A DNA stretch of 64,000 nt, from the NCBI GenBank assembly GCA_041305745.1, contig JBFYKV010000114.1, forward strand, positions 883 to 64,882, given 5' to 3'. Of this stretch, positions 40,515 to 49,717 are shown in pieces. Below the pieces are notes generated by a model. The model ran no database searches and was not told the DNA's origin. It saw only the letters and a list, made by a program, of their open reading frames with translations. Source of the stretch: Methanoregulaceae archaeon (GTDB lineage: Archaea; Halobacteriota; Methanomicrobia; Methanomicrobiales; Methanospirillaceae). Position numbers and translations under genes: made by a program. Position 1 is the first letter of the stretch. Every line of letters starts with the position of its first letter.

Positions 40515-40560
40515 ATGTCGGGGGGAGTGCAGTCGTAGCAGGCTAAATTCCGAAGGGCAA

Positions 40561-41853
40561 TTAAGAGACACGCTCACCAAGGAAGAAGTAGGTCCGGTCC
40601 TCCCTGATCACCACCCTGCAGCGGAAACCGGCAGGGAGGTCCTCCTGTAACACGATGTTTGTATATTCAGGAGTGCGGGTCAGCACCGAACCGGTCCTGA
40701 TGCTTTCAGTCACCATAACCGGGACCTCTTTTCCTATCAACGCTGAATTGATCCTGCGGTACCCTTCCAGGGCTGCCCTTTGAATGAGCCTCGAACGGAT
40801 TTTTTTGACATAATCTGTCATGTCGTATAAGTCCGCCGCGGGAGTGCCGGGACGCGAAGAGAATCTCGTCACGTTCACCTTGTTTGGACGGGCATTCCTG
40901 ACGAGATCAACAGATGCGCCGAATTCATCATCAGTCTCGCCGGGAAAACCGACAATAATGTCAGTCGAAAGAGTGATGTCAGGGTAGCGGCGCCGGAACG
41001 CTGCTACAATGGCAAGAAAATCATCCGCCGTGTAATTTCTCCCCATCCTCCGGATCACACTGTCAGACCCTGACTGGACAGGGATATGGATAAACTTAAA
41101 AATCCGGTCTGATCCATAGGCATCTATAAGCGGGTCAAGAATGGGTTGAATACCTGCCGGGTTCATCATTCCGACACGGATTAAAAAATCACCGGGAATG
41201 GCTGCCAGGTCCTCGATGAGGGACGGCAGACTCTCCCCGGTATCAGTTCCCCAGGCACTGACGTCCTGTGCGGTGAGTTGTATCTCGCGGGCCCCTGCTG
41301 CGACCAGTTGTTGTGTATATGATACAATTTCGTCACGCGGGAAACTATGCAGCCGCCCGCGTGCCCTCCTCGTAATACAGTATGTGCAGGCACCCCCGCA
41401 TCCTTTTGCCAGCTGGACAATCCCGGTATATCCTTCCCTGACCGTCCCGGTTCCCGCGTAATAATCGTGGATATCATCAGGGTGAATAAATTTTGGCGAA
41501 CATGCCATACGTATACGGTCCATCTGGACAAGCGGCATACAGCCGGTCACATAGAGATCGGTATCTTTTAAACTGCCGAGGAGACGGAGCATCTTCCGCT
41601 CGGTCGCTGCAACAACCGTGCAGGTGTTGATGATAATGACCTCTGCGTGGCTTTGTGAACCGACCAGGGTACACTGCTGGGACCGCAGCACTTCGGCAAG
41701 CTTTTCGCTGTCTCCGAAATTGTAGGTGCAGCCAAAAGTCCGGAGCCAGACTTTTTTACCCCTTATTTCTGATATTTTTGCTCTTTCAAGGCCCGATGCG
41801 CCCATAATTACCCCGGATACGAAAACCCCGGTCTCCTCCCTCTGTAAGTACAA
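40561..41853 (-). CDS. radical-SAM methylthiotransferase, MiaB/RimO/MtaB family (probable tRNA t6A37 methylthiotransferase)
   Basis: 430 aa. UPF0004 domain (VWLRTFGCTYNFGDSE), radical SAM CGGACTYCITRRARG, C-terminal TRAM. An alternative start is the ATG at 41805. Confidence 0.85.
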   Translation of the reverse strand: MYLQREETGVFVSGVIMGASGLERAKISEIRGKKVWLRTFGCTYNFGDSEKLAEVLRSQQCTLVGSQSHAEVIIINTCTVVAATERKMLRLLGSLKDTDLYVTGCMPLVQMDRIRMACSPKFIHPDDIHDYYAGTGTVREGYTGIVQLAKGCGGACTYCITRRARGRLHSFPRDEIVSYTQQLVAAGAREIQLTAQDVSAWGTDTGESLPSLIEDLAAIPGDFLIRVGMMNPAGIQPILDPLIDAYGSDRIFKFIHIPVQSGSDSVIRRMGRNYTADDFLAIVAAFRRRYPDITLSTDIIVGFPGETDDEFGASVDLVRNARPNKVNVTRFSSRPGTPAADLYDMTDYVKKIRSRLIQRAALEGYRRINSALIGKEVPVMVTESIRTGSVLTRTPEYTNIVLQEDLPAGFRCRVVIREDRTYFFLGERVS

Positions 41854-42019
41854 TCATCCCAAAAACCCATAAAACAGATTTATCAGGCCGGGGAACTGTA
41901 TCTCCCCTGGTCCCGGGACCCGGCCGTACTCCTGAAAAAGAGGGGAAAAACAGGTATGTTTCCTGCACTATTTTAAAATGTAATGAAAATGCTTAACCCG
42001 TGGTATTCACTATCTGTTA

Positions 42020-42781
42020 GTGATGATCAGAGTCGGGTTGCTCGGCTGTGGAAATATCGGGCATATCATCGCAAAAAACAGGGGAAATATTGAGATAACT
42101 GCCCTTTTTGATATAATATTTGATAAAGCCCGGGAACTGGCCGACATATGCGGAGGTGTCCCGTACGACGATTTCGACACCTTTGTCAGCCAGGATTTTG
42201 ACTATGTTATCGATGCGGCATCAGTAAAGGCAGTACGGCTGTACGGGGAAAAGGTCCTCCAGAATAAAAAGAATCTTATCGTCATGAGTGTCGGAGCGCT
42301 CGGTGACGTTGAATACAGGAAAGATCTTGTCGGGATAGCACGCGAATACGGCATGAAGATCCATATTCCGAGCGGTGCAATAACCGGGCTTGATAATATT
42401 AAAGTCGGGCAGATAGCAAAGATCGAGAGTCTCCTCCTTAAAACAACGAAAAGTCCTGCATCGCTTGGTATCACCACTGACAAAAAGGTGCTGGTCTTCA
42501 AAGGCAGGGCGAACGAGTGCATAAAAGAATTCCCGAAAAACGTGAATGTCTCGGTTGCACTCAGCCTTGCCGCCGGCAGGGATGCCGACGTCGAGCTCTG
42601 GGCGGACCCTGCAGTGGAGCGGAACATACACGAGATCTTTCTCACCGCAGAATTCGGCGATATCTACATCAGGGTAAATAACGTCCAGAGTCCTGATAAC
42701 CCGGCTACCAGCTACCTTGCCGCCCTCTCCATCCTGACACTTCTTAAAAACCTTGAAAATCCGCTTGTGGTGGGAACATGA
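42020..42781 (+). CDS. nadX: L-aspartate dehydrogenase
   Basis: 253 aa, MMIRVGLLGCGNIGHII..., PSGAITGLDNIK. Directly precedes nadA-nadC. Confidence 0.85.
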   Translation: MMIRVGLLGCGNIGHIIAKNRGNIEITALFDIIFDKARELADICGGVPYDDFDTFVSQDFDYVIDAASVKAVRLYGEKVLQNKKNLIVMSVGALGDVEYRKDLVGIAREYGMKIHIPSGAITGLDNIKVGQIAKIESLLLKTTKSPASLGITTDKKVLVFKGRANECIKEFPKNVNVSVALSLAAGRDADVELWADPAVERNIHEIFLTAEFGDIYIRVNNVQSPDNPATSYLAALSILTLLKNLENPLVVGT

Positions 42782-43674
42782 GCCGGGAAAGTCGTATCAG
42801 GGCTTTGAAATCCAAAAAAAATGCCATAGTACTCGCACACAACTACCAGCTGCCGGAGATCCAGGACGTCTCAGATATTGTCGGGGACAGCCTTGAACTC
42901 GCCATGGCTGCAAAAGAGACCGATGCTGATATCATTGTCTTTTGCGGGGTCAGTTTCATGGCCGAAACGGCAAAGATCCTCAACCCGTCAAAAAAAGTCC
43001 TCCTGCCCGTAAAAGAGGCGGGCTGCCCCCTTGCAGACCAGCTGACACCGGATATGCTGGAAGAGGCCCGGAACGCGAATCCGGGGGCCATGGTGGTCCT
43101 CTATATCAACAGTACGGCCGAATGCAAGGCATATGCTGATGTTATCTGTACCTCTGCAAACGCGGTGAAGGTGGTTCGTTCCCTGCCCACGCAGGAGGTC
43201 ATTGTCGGCCCGGATTCAAACCTCGCAGCATATATACAGGACCAGATACCGGAAAAAAGAATTATCCCGGTACCACCGTCAGGACACTGCCCTGTTCACC
43301 AGGTATTTACCGATGCAGATATCACGGCCGCCCGGCTGAGGGGCGGTAAAATTATCTGCCACCCCGAATGCAGGCCCGGGATCCAGAAACAATCAGATAT
43401 TATCGCCTCGACAGGAGGGATGATACGGAATGCACCGATTGCCGACTTATGGAATGTATTTACCGAGAGGGAGATGGGTTACCGGTTAAAAACCCTCTAT
43501 CCTGACAAGACATTTCATATCAAGGAAAGCGCAGTCTGCGAGGATATGAAGCGGATAACACTTGCAGAACTGGAAGTATCGCTGGAAGACGAAATATACG
43601 AAGTGGTGCTGCCGGAAGAGGTCATGAAACGTGCACTGGGTGCCATCGAGAGGATGATTTCAGTTGGCAGGTGA
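42778..43674 (+). CDS. nadA: quinolinate synthase
   Basis: 298 aa, NAIVLAHNYQLPEIQDVSDIVGDSLELA, ILFCGVSFMAETAKIL-type motif. Confidence 0.93.
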   Translation: MSRESRIRALKSKKNAIVLAHNYQLPEIQDVSDIVGDSLELAMAAKETDADIIVFCGVSFMAETAKILNPSKKVLLPVKEAGCPLADQLTPDMLEEARNANPGAMVVLYINSTAECKAYADVICTSANAVKVVRSLPTQEVIVGPDSNLAAYIQDQIPEKRIIPVPPSGHCPVHQVFTDADITAARLRGGKIICHPECRPGIQKQSDIIASTGGMIRNAPIADLWNVFTEREMGYRLKTLYPDKTFHIKESAVCEDMKRITLAELEVSLEDEIYEVVLPEEVMKRALGAIERMISVGR

Positions 43675-43680
43675 ACAAGG

Positions 43681-44523
43681 ATGATAACCCCGGAAACTCT
43701 CCTTGCATTTATCACTGAAGATTCCCCTTACGGAGATCTGACAAGTAACCTCCTTATCCCCCCGGATGCATCCTGCACCGGCGTTATCAGGAGCCGGCAG
43801 GCAGGCATTATTGCCGGCCTTGAGGAGGCTGCATTTCTTTTTACTCATTTCGGGGTACAGGCGGTGCAGGCAGTCATTGACGGTGAACAGGTCAGCAGCG
43901 GAACGGTGCTCATGAGTATTTCAGGACCTGCACGTGCGGTTCTTCTTGTCGAGAGGACGGCACTCAATATTATCGGCAGGATGAGCGGGATTGCAACCAT
44001 GACCCGGAGGGCAGCCTCCCTTGTTTCAGTAAAAAATCCCTCGTGCAAGGTTGCTGCAACACGAAAAACGGCCCCGGGGCTCAGAGCCCTCGATAAAAAA
44101 GCCGTGTGGCTTGGTGGCGGAGACCCGCACCGCTATACCCTCTCGGACGGGATCCTTATCAAGGATAATCACCTTGCACTCGTATCCCTCGGAGAAGCAG
44201 TAGAGAGAGGAAAAGCATTCTCCTTTACCAGAAAAGTTGAGGCAGAAGTGGAGAGCCCGGCTGATGCCGTCACCGCCGCCCGTGCAGGTGCAGATATCAT
44301 CCTCCTCGACAACATGACCCCGGCGGAGATATCCCGGGTCGTTTCACTGCTTAAAAATGAAGAGAAGAAGTCCGGCCTGATCATCGAAGTATCGGGGGGC
44401 ATCACGCCTGAAAATATTTCAGACTATGCAATTCCAGGTGTGGATGTGATCAGCATGGGCTCGCTCACCCATTCCGTGGTAAATTTTGATGTTGGTCTTG
44501 ATATCGACAATTTACGCGGATAG
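43681..44523 (+). CDS. nadC: nicotinate-nucleotide pyrophosphorylase (carboxylating)
   Basis: 280 aa, ERTALNIIGRMSGIATMT, TRKTAPGLR, IKDNH, ILLDNM. Confidence 0.93.
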   Translation: MITPETLLAFITEDSPYGDLTSNLLIPPDASCTGVIRSRQAGIIAGLEEAAFLFTHFGVQAVQAVIDGEQVSSGTVLMSISGPARAVLLVERTALNIIGRMSGIATMTRRAASLVSVKNPSCKVAATRKTAPGLRALDKKAVWLGGGDPHRYTLSDGILIKDNHLALVSLGEAVERGKAFSFTRKVEAEVESPADAVTAARAGADIILLDNMTPAEISRVVSLLKNEEKKSGLIIEVSGGITPENISDYAIPGVDVISMGSLTHSVVNFDVGLDIDNLRG

Positions 44524-44616
44524 TTGGGTATCTCACTTTAATTGTGGGGATTTTGCAGGCTGATACAACCAAAAAGTATAATAGGATATGCCTCCAAGCC
44601 TCGCAAAGGAGTGGCT

Positions 44617-45201
44617 ATGGCAGAGGAGGATCCGGGTGTACCAGCGGAACCATACGTTGATGAAGCAGCGAAAAGGAGAAGAATAGAGGGATTTATTCAG
44701 CTCCTGCACAGCGAATACCTGGATTTCCGTTGGAAGGCAGCCCTGGCGCTTGGTGAAGAAGGCGATAATACCGCGGTAGAACCTTTAATTGAAGCCCTCA
44801 GTGACCCGTATGTAGATGTCTCCTGGCTGGCTGCCAAATCGCTTGGGGCCATCGGAGACTCCAGGGCGGTAAAGCCTCTTCTTAAAGCACTTGAATCTGA
44901 CGAAAAATGGCTCAAAATTGGTGCTTCCATCGGCCTTGGCAAACTGGGGGACCGGAGGGCAGTACAGCCGCTTCTTGCCCTTTTAAAAAACAAGGATGCC
45001 CTTATCCGGAAAAATGCCGCATGGGCACTCGGAAAGATCGGGGACGAGGCTGCGAGGAGTGCACTTGAAGAACTGAGAAACGATCCTGACAACCGTGTAA
45101 AAACAGCGGTTGAAGTCGCTTTACACCTTCTCACTATAAAAACAGAGGGTCGGGAAACGGGAAATACTGATCCCGGGTGCGGTGCAGGAGAAAGGCACTA
45201 A
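44617..45201 (+). CDS. HEAT-repeat (PBS-lyase-type) protein
   Basis: Five tandem repeats of about 31 aa of the type R..AA.ALG.IGD..AV.PLI.AL.D. The start is set at MAEEDPG (the ORF-track ATG at 44542 is also possible). Confidence 0.7.
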   Translation: MAEEDPGVPAEPYVDEAAKRRRIEGFIQLLHSEYLDFRWKAALALGEEGDNTAVEPLIEALSDPYVDVSWLAAKSLGAIGDSRAVKPLLKALESDEKWLKIGASIGLGKLGDRRAVQPLLALLKNKDALIRKNAAWALGKIGDEAARSALEELRNDPDNRVKTAVEVALHLLTIKTEGRETGNTDPGCGAGERH

Positions 45202-45253
45202 AAAATCTTTTAATTCGCTAATTTTACTATGATCCGGAGGCATACAGTGTATA

Positions 45254-45760
45254 ATGACAGAATGGGCTCTCATTCTATGCCTTCTCGTAAGCCTTGTCGT
45301 TCTCTTCTTTATACTCGCAAAATACATCTCGCTCCGGGACAGCACCGAAAAAAGGGCCCGGGGGATGTTTCTTGCGTGGAAATCAGAATCACTTGAGCTG
45401 GAGGCGCGACAACTGGCAGATCTTTACTCACGGGAATGGAAAATGCAGGAAGAAGGACGTATCCGGAAGGATGCAGTTACAAAAAGCGAAGCGGTGATAC
45501 GGGGGAAGGTTACGGAACACCTCATCCCCTTTTTCCCTGATTTCCCGTACAATCCGCAGGACGCTCGGTTTCTTGGGACTCCTGTTGATTTTATTGTATT
45601 TGACGGCCTTTCCTCAGGAGACGTAAAGTCTGTGATATTTGTTGAGGTGAAGTCAGGAAAAACCCCCGCGCTATCTTCCCGCGAGAGGATGGTGCGGGAC
45701 TGTATCCGGGCAGGAAATGTACGCTACGAGACGATTCACCTTCGCAACGGGAAAAAGTGA
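45254..45760 (+). CDS. membrane-anchored PD-(D/E)xK nuclease related to archaeal Holliday junction resolvase (COG4741-like)
   Basis: 168 aa. N-terminal TM helix, a coiled segment, then GTPVDFIVFDG...VIFVEVKSGK (a D...ExK catalytic pattern). Confidence 0.55.
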   Translation: MTEWALILCLLVSLVVLFFILAKYISLRDSTEKRARGMFLAWKSESLELEARQLADLYSREWKMQEEGRIRKDAVTKSEAVIRGKVTEHLIPFFPDFPYNPQDARFLGTPVDFIVFDGLSSGDVKSVIFVEVKSGKTPALSSRERMVRDCIRAGNVRYETIHLRNGKK

Positions 45761-45872
45761 TATACTATATTACAAATTTACGGTTTTTTCCATCGTTTTC
45801 GTGAAATACCAGGGTTCCGCAATAAAACCGGAACCGGCCCTGTTTACCTGAAATGGCCGCTCCGAAGGATCT

Positions 45873-46256
45873 TCAATCAGCCGGCCGGGACTGGACTATG
45901 TCCCCGGCTGCCCCGACTACGATCTCTTTATCACCACGATAGGTCTGGACGGTCCCATACAGGAAGATGGCATCCCCCTTCCCAAATGAGTACCCCGCAG
46001 CAACAGGCGCCGGAATAAAAACCCGGGTCCCTGAAATGGTAAGGATGACATGCCCCCCGTTTTCCAGTACGTCCACATCATCAATGTCCCCCCGCAGGGA
46101 GACCAGCGCACCATCGTGTGCACTCTCTTCGTATTGCATGGCAAAGGGACCCTTTCCAACCGACTCAAGGACCGTGTACGAGACAATCGTTACCATGGCA
46201 ATCCCGATGAGAAGCAGCAGGGCGATTTTTTCCTCCTTTCCAAGCATACTGATCAC
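45873..46256 (-). CDS. membrane-anchored OB-fold protein
   Basis: 127 aa. N-terminal TM (IALLLLIGIAMVTIVSYTVL), then a beta-rich segment of about 80 aa (VSLRGDIDDVDVLENGGHVILTISG...IFLYGTVQTYRGDKEIVV) resembling tRNA_anti-type OB folds. Confidence 0.45.
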   Translation of the reverse strand: MISMLGKEEKIALLLLIGIAMVTIVSYTVLESVGKGPFAMQYEESAHDGALVSLRGDIDDVDVLENGGHVILTISGTRVFIPAPVAAGYSFGKGDAIFLYGTVQTYRGDKEIVVGAAGDIVQSRPAD

Positions 46257-46318
46257 TTGGCTCCCGATGAGATAAAGTATCGACAGATTGATATGTTAAC
46301 ACTGTTAACATACAGACT

Positions 46319-46549
46319 ATGAATGAGGCGAACCTTCCCCCATCATCCCGGACAGTCCTGCAGTTGCTGGACGAGGGAGGTGCAATGACCCATAAGGAGC
46401 TCGTAAAAAAGAGCAATCTTGCTCCCCGTACCGTGCGGTATGCATTAAAAAAACTAAAGGAGAATCACCTCATTATTGAGAAATTCAACTTCAGGGATGC
46501 ACGCCAGATAATATACCAGAACCGCGGGGCCCAGATGGTGACGGCGTGA
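46319..46549 (+). CDS. small winged-helix transcriptional regulator
   Basis: 76 aa, RTVLQLLDEGGAMTHKELVKKSNLAPRTVRYALKKLKENHLI. Confidence 0.6.
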   Translation: MNEANLPPSSRTVLQLLDEGGAMTHKELVKKSNLAPRTVRYALKKLKENHLIIEKFNFRDARQIIYQNRGAQMVTA

Positions 46550-46854
46550 AGGATATGCAGTGTGACATCATGGTATGCGATTCCATGGTGCGCAGGTATC
46601 TCCCCACGATGCGGGCAGAAATGGTCTACCGGCTGGTTCAGAACCAGGGTATGAGCCAGAGTGATGCCGCAAAAAAACTCGGGGTAAGCAGGGCAGCGAT
46701 ATCTCAGTACATGAGCAAGAAACGGGGTGATTCAGGGATAGAGATCTCAAATGAACTGGATGCCCTTATCGACCGCTGGACGCTTGCTGTTGTCGGACAG
46801 GACTCCACCATCACGCTCTGCGATATCTGCAGGTGCGCCCTGAAAAAGATGTAA
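46546..46854 (+). CDS. HTH (XRE-like) regulator with Cys pairs (COG2522-like)
   Basis: 102 aa, GMSQSDAAKKLGVSRAAISQYMSKKRG, plus N-terminal CDIMVC and C-terminal CDICRC. ATGA overlap with the preceding regulator. Confidence 0.55.
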   Translation: MKDMQCDIMVCDSMVRRYLPTMRAEMVYRLVQNQGMSQSDAAKKLGVSRAAISQYMSKKRGDSGIEISNELDALIDRWTLAVVGQDSTITLCDICRCALKKM

Positions 46855-46873
46855 GGCAATGCCGGCTCTCCGG

Positions 46874-48538
46874 TTATCTTCTCCTCCGGTAAAGGAAGAG
46901 GATGAAAATCCCGGCAATGACAACGAGCGCGACCACTATTTTTGTTACATCCGGACCTCCATGTGAAACCGGATTTCCGGAAGCCTCCCAGTCTCTCTCA
47001 AAGACCGCGGAGAAATATGCCCCTGCCTCCGGGTGATCGATGATAACCCCGGCCTCGCGGTTAAAGGTCGGTGAATTGAGGTTCCAGTTGATACTGCTTA
47101 CAAGCACTTTCCTTCCATCAACGATCACTCCCTTGTTATGCACCTTTTCAGGGTCTCCGTTGCCGAGTGCGGCACACCGGGCTTCAAGCGGGAGTCCCGT
47201 TGAACGGGCCCGGTTGTTGATGAATTCGACCATCTCATCGTTATCATCGTCCCCTTCCACCGAGAACCAGTATGAGTCGAGAAGGACCCTGACGGCGACA
47301 CCCCGTTCTGATGCATTGAACACCTCGGAAAGGAACGGGTTCTGATCATTTTCACCGGAGTTCTTCACATACGCCTGCTCGATATCAATGGACCGTTCTG
47401 CACTCCTGATGAGAGTGCAGACCTCACTGCTCGTATCAGGCGAAATGACCGGGGTCACCCGCGCCCCATCGAAGCTGAATGCTTCAAATTCCACATTATA
47501 GGCCTCATTACCTGGTTCTTCCAGTTCACCGTCTTTCCCTTCGAGCGGGACAATCCAGTTACCGCCCATGTCCTGTTCGTAGACCGAATGGAAATATGCC
47601 GCGAGCGCAGGGTCATTCAGGATGACCCCGTACCCGCGGTTGCCGGACTGCCCCCCCGGCGGGAACCCGTGTGTCTTGAAATTCTCACTTGTCAGGAAGA
47701 GGACACGATGATCAATGACCATGTACTTGGCGTGGTTGTAGCGGTACGGTGCATGAACGCTCCCGCTGTTTACCATCTGGTATACCGGGATACCGCTCCT
47801 GTTCATCATGAACACAACCGCTCGTTCCTCGCTGCTGATACCCCCGACCGGCCCTCCTTCGAGAAGGATCGTTACCCTGACACCCCGTTCTGATGCACGT
47901 ACCAGTTCTTCGGCCATGGCAGGGCTGGAAAACTCGTAGACGTTCACTAAAATCTCCTCGCGGGCTGATCCGGTGACCTGCCGGAAGGCAGTGAAGGAAG
48001 AGTCCGGTGCAACAAATGCCGTCCCGCTCACATCTTCAAATGATGCGGTACTGATGCGCGTCTGCCCTATCATCAGCACCCGCGGGTCCCAGACCCCTTT
48101 CTCGATAAAATGTACCTGCCCCTGCCTGCAGGATACATTCCCGGGCCAGCTGATCTTCTGCTGCAGATCTGGTCCGGAATAGAGAAGCAGTTCGTCCCCT
48201 GTATTTGACAACTGCATGTTCCCGCTCCTGATAACATCCGGGATCCCGGGAGACGTATCAAATATCTCAAAATCAGGAGCTTTCCCATGGACTTCCACAT
48301 ATGCCTTCCCGTTTCGTGCGATAACCAGTTTTCCTGATATCCGGGAAAATTCCGGGAACCGGAAGCCTCCCTCCCCGTCACTCACCTTAATCCCGCCGAG
48401 AGGGCCGTTCCCCTCCAGGACCAGGTATTCATCCTCGTCTCCGTAGAGGTATGGATCAGGGCAGAATTCGACGATCGATACTGCTCCGGCAGGAACAAGA
48501 ATGAAACAAAGGAGAATGAGGGAGAGGACGGGTTGCAT
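46874..48538 (-). CDS. secreted/membrane-anchored phospholipase D-superfamily protein (two HKD motifs) with lamin-tail-like N-domain
   Basis: 554 aa. Signal peptide, VSIVEFCPDPYLYGDEDEYLVLEGNG (LTD-like), HKD motifs YNHAKYMVID and VHNKGVIVDG, and a C-terminal TM plus RRRR. Confidence 0.75.
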   Translation of the reverse strand: MQPVLSLILLCFILVPAGAVSIVEFCPDPYLYGDEDEYLVLEGNGPLGGIKVSDGEGGFRFPEFSRISGKLVIARNGKAYVEVHGKAPDFEIFDTSPGIPDVIRSGNMQLSNTGDELLLYSGPDLQQKISWPGNVSCRQGQVHFIEKGVWDPRVLMIGQTRISTASFEDVSGTAFVAPDSSFTAFRQVTGSAREEILVNVYEFSSPAMAEELVRASERGVRVTILLEGGPVGGISSEERAVVFMMNRSGIPVYQMVNSGSVHAPYRYNHAKYMVIDHRVLFLTSENFKTHGFPPGGQSGNRGYGVILNDPALAAYFHSVYEQDMGGNWIVPLEGKDGELEEPGNEAYNVEFEAFSFDGARVTPVISPDTSSEVCTLIRSAERSIDIEQAYVKNSGENDQNPFLSEVFNASERGVAVRVLLDSYWFSVEGDDDNDEMVEFINNRARSTGLPLEARCAALGNGDPEKVHNKGVIVDGRKVLVSSINWNLNSPTFNREAGVIIDHPEAGAYFSAVFERDWEASGNPVSHGGPDVTKIVVALVVIAGIFILFLYRRRR

Positions 48539-48589
48539 CCAGAAGGATTCTCATGTGTATTTTATTAATCTGGTGAAATACATCAGATC

Positions 48590-49174
48590 ATGGAAGTGCC
48601 ACTTGTGGTAAAAATTGGCGGGAGCCTCTTTGACCGGGTGGGGGAGCTTGCCGCCCTGTTCCGTGAACTGGACCTGCCACTCCTCCTCGTCCCGGGCGGT
48701 GGCACCTTTGCCGATGCCATACGGCGGTGCGGCATAAGCGGAGAACCCGCACACTGGATGGCCGTCGCGGCGATGGAACAGTTCGGGTGGTATATCAGCT
48801 CGTTTTGCATCCCCGTTCAGCAGGAACCGGACGTCCCTGACGGCCCGGTTGTTTTCCTGCCGTATTCCTGCCTCCGTACCCGTGACCCTCTTCCCCACAG
48901 CTGGGATGTCACATCTGACACGATTGCCGCATGGGTGGCAGATGTGATGCATACAGACCTCGTCATACTGAAATCAGTGGACGGGATCTATTCCGGGGGC
49001 ACCCTTATCGAAAGAGTGCGGGAACCGGTTAGAACCGGGGATGTGGATCCCTGCCTGATCCCGTATGTCCTCGAACACGCGGTACCTACGCGGATTATCA
49101 ACGGCAGGCACCAGGACCGTGTACGCCTGGCGCTCACCGGTCATGACGTGCCCGGTACTACCATCAGCCTTTAA
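48590..49174 (+). CDS. mfnE: amino-acid-kinase-fold small kinase, MfnE-like (methanofuran biosynthesis)
   Basis: 194 aa, LVVKIGGSLFD...LVPGGGTFAD...TSDTIAAWVA...ILKSVDGIY. Size and motifs match the short MJ0458-type kinases. Confidence 0.55.
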   Translation: MEVPLVVKIGGSLFDRVGELAALFRELDLPLLLVPGGGTFADAIRRCGISGEPAHWMAVAAMEQFGWYISSFCIPVQQEPDVPDGPVVFLPYSCLRTRDPLPHSWDVTSDTIAAWVADVMHTDLVILKSVDGIYSGGTLIERVREPVRTGDVDPCLIPYVLEHAVPTRIINGRHQDRVRLALTGHDVPGTTISL

Positions 49175-49219
49175 ATGCTTTCAGACAGACTGTATAAGGA
49201 ATCGGTTGAGGTGTTAATC

Positions 49220-49381
49220 ATGTCAGACAAGAAATGTACATCATGCAATGCTCCGCTTGCAGAAGAAGGAGCAACAGAATTCGGCTGCCCGGCCTGCCAG
49301 TACCATATCCAGAGATGCTACCGGTGCAGAGAACAGAGTATCCCCTACACCTGCCCCAAATGTGGATTTGGAGGCCCATAA
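49220..49381 (+). CDS. Zn-ribbon protein (COG2888 / DUF1610, HVO_2753-like)
   Basis: ORF-track frame trimmed to MSDKKCTSCNAPLAEEGATEFGCPACQYHIQRCYRCREQSIPYTCPKCGFGGP, with four CxxC pairs. Conserved neighbour of aEF-1beta. Confidence 0.75.
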   Translation: MSDKKCTSCNAPLAEEGATEFGCPACQYHIQRCYRCREQSIPYTCPKCGFGGP

Positions 49382-49384
49382 ACC

Positions 49385-49642
49385 ATGGGAAGCGTAGCCC
49401 TTATCATCAGGGTAATGCCCGAATCACCGGAAGTCGATCTCGAGAAACTGAAAGAAGAGATCAGGAAACGGATAAAAGGCTTAAATGATATGCAGGAAGA
49501 GCCCATCGGGTTTGGATTAAAGGCACTCAAGATAGCGGTCGTTGTGAATGACACCGGCGGCGAGAGCGATGCTGTCGAGCAGGAAGTCAACGATATTGAA
49601 GGTGTCGAGCGGGCTGAAATCATTGAACTGACCCTTACGTAA
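49385..49642 (+). CDS. ef1b: translation elongation factor aEF-1 beta
   Basis: 85 aa, ALIIRVMPESPEVDLEKLKEEI...PIGFGLKALKIAVVVND. Confidence 0.9.
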   Translation: MGSVALIIRVMPESPEVDLEKLKEEIRKRIKGLNDMQEEPIGFGLKALKIAVVVNDTGGESDAVEQEVNDIEGVERAEIIELTLT

Positions 49643-49717
49643 AGGTCAGACCCGTATATTTTTTTCTCCCTGGCACGGACGCGGCAATCCCCGGGTCACT
49701 GTGCAGGAACCCCAAAT

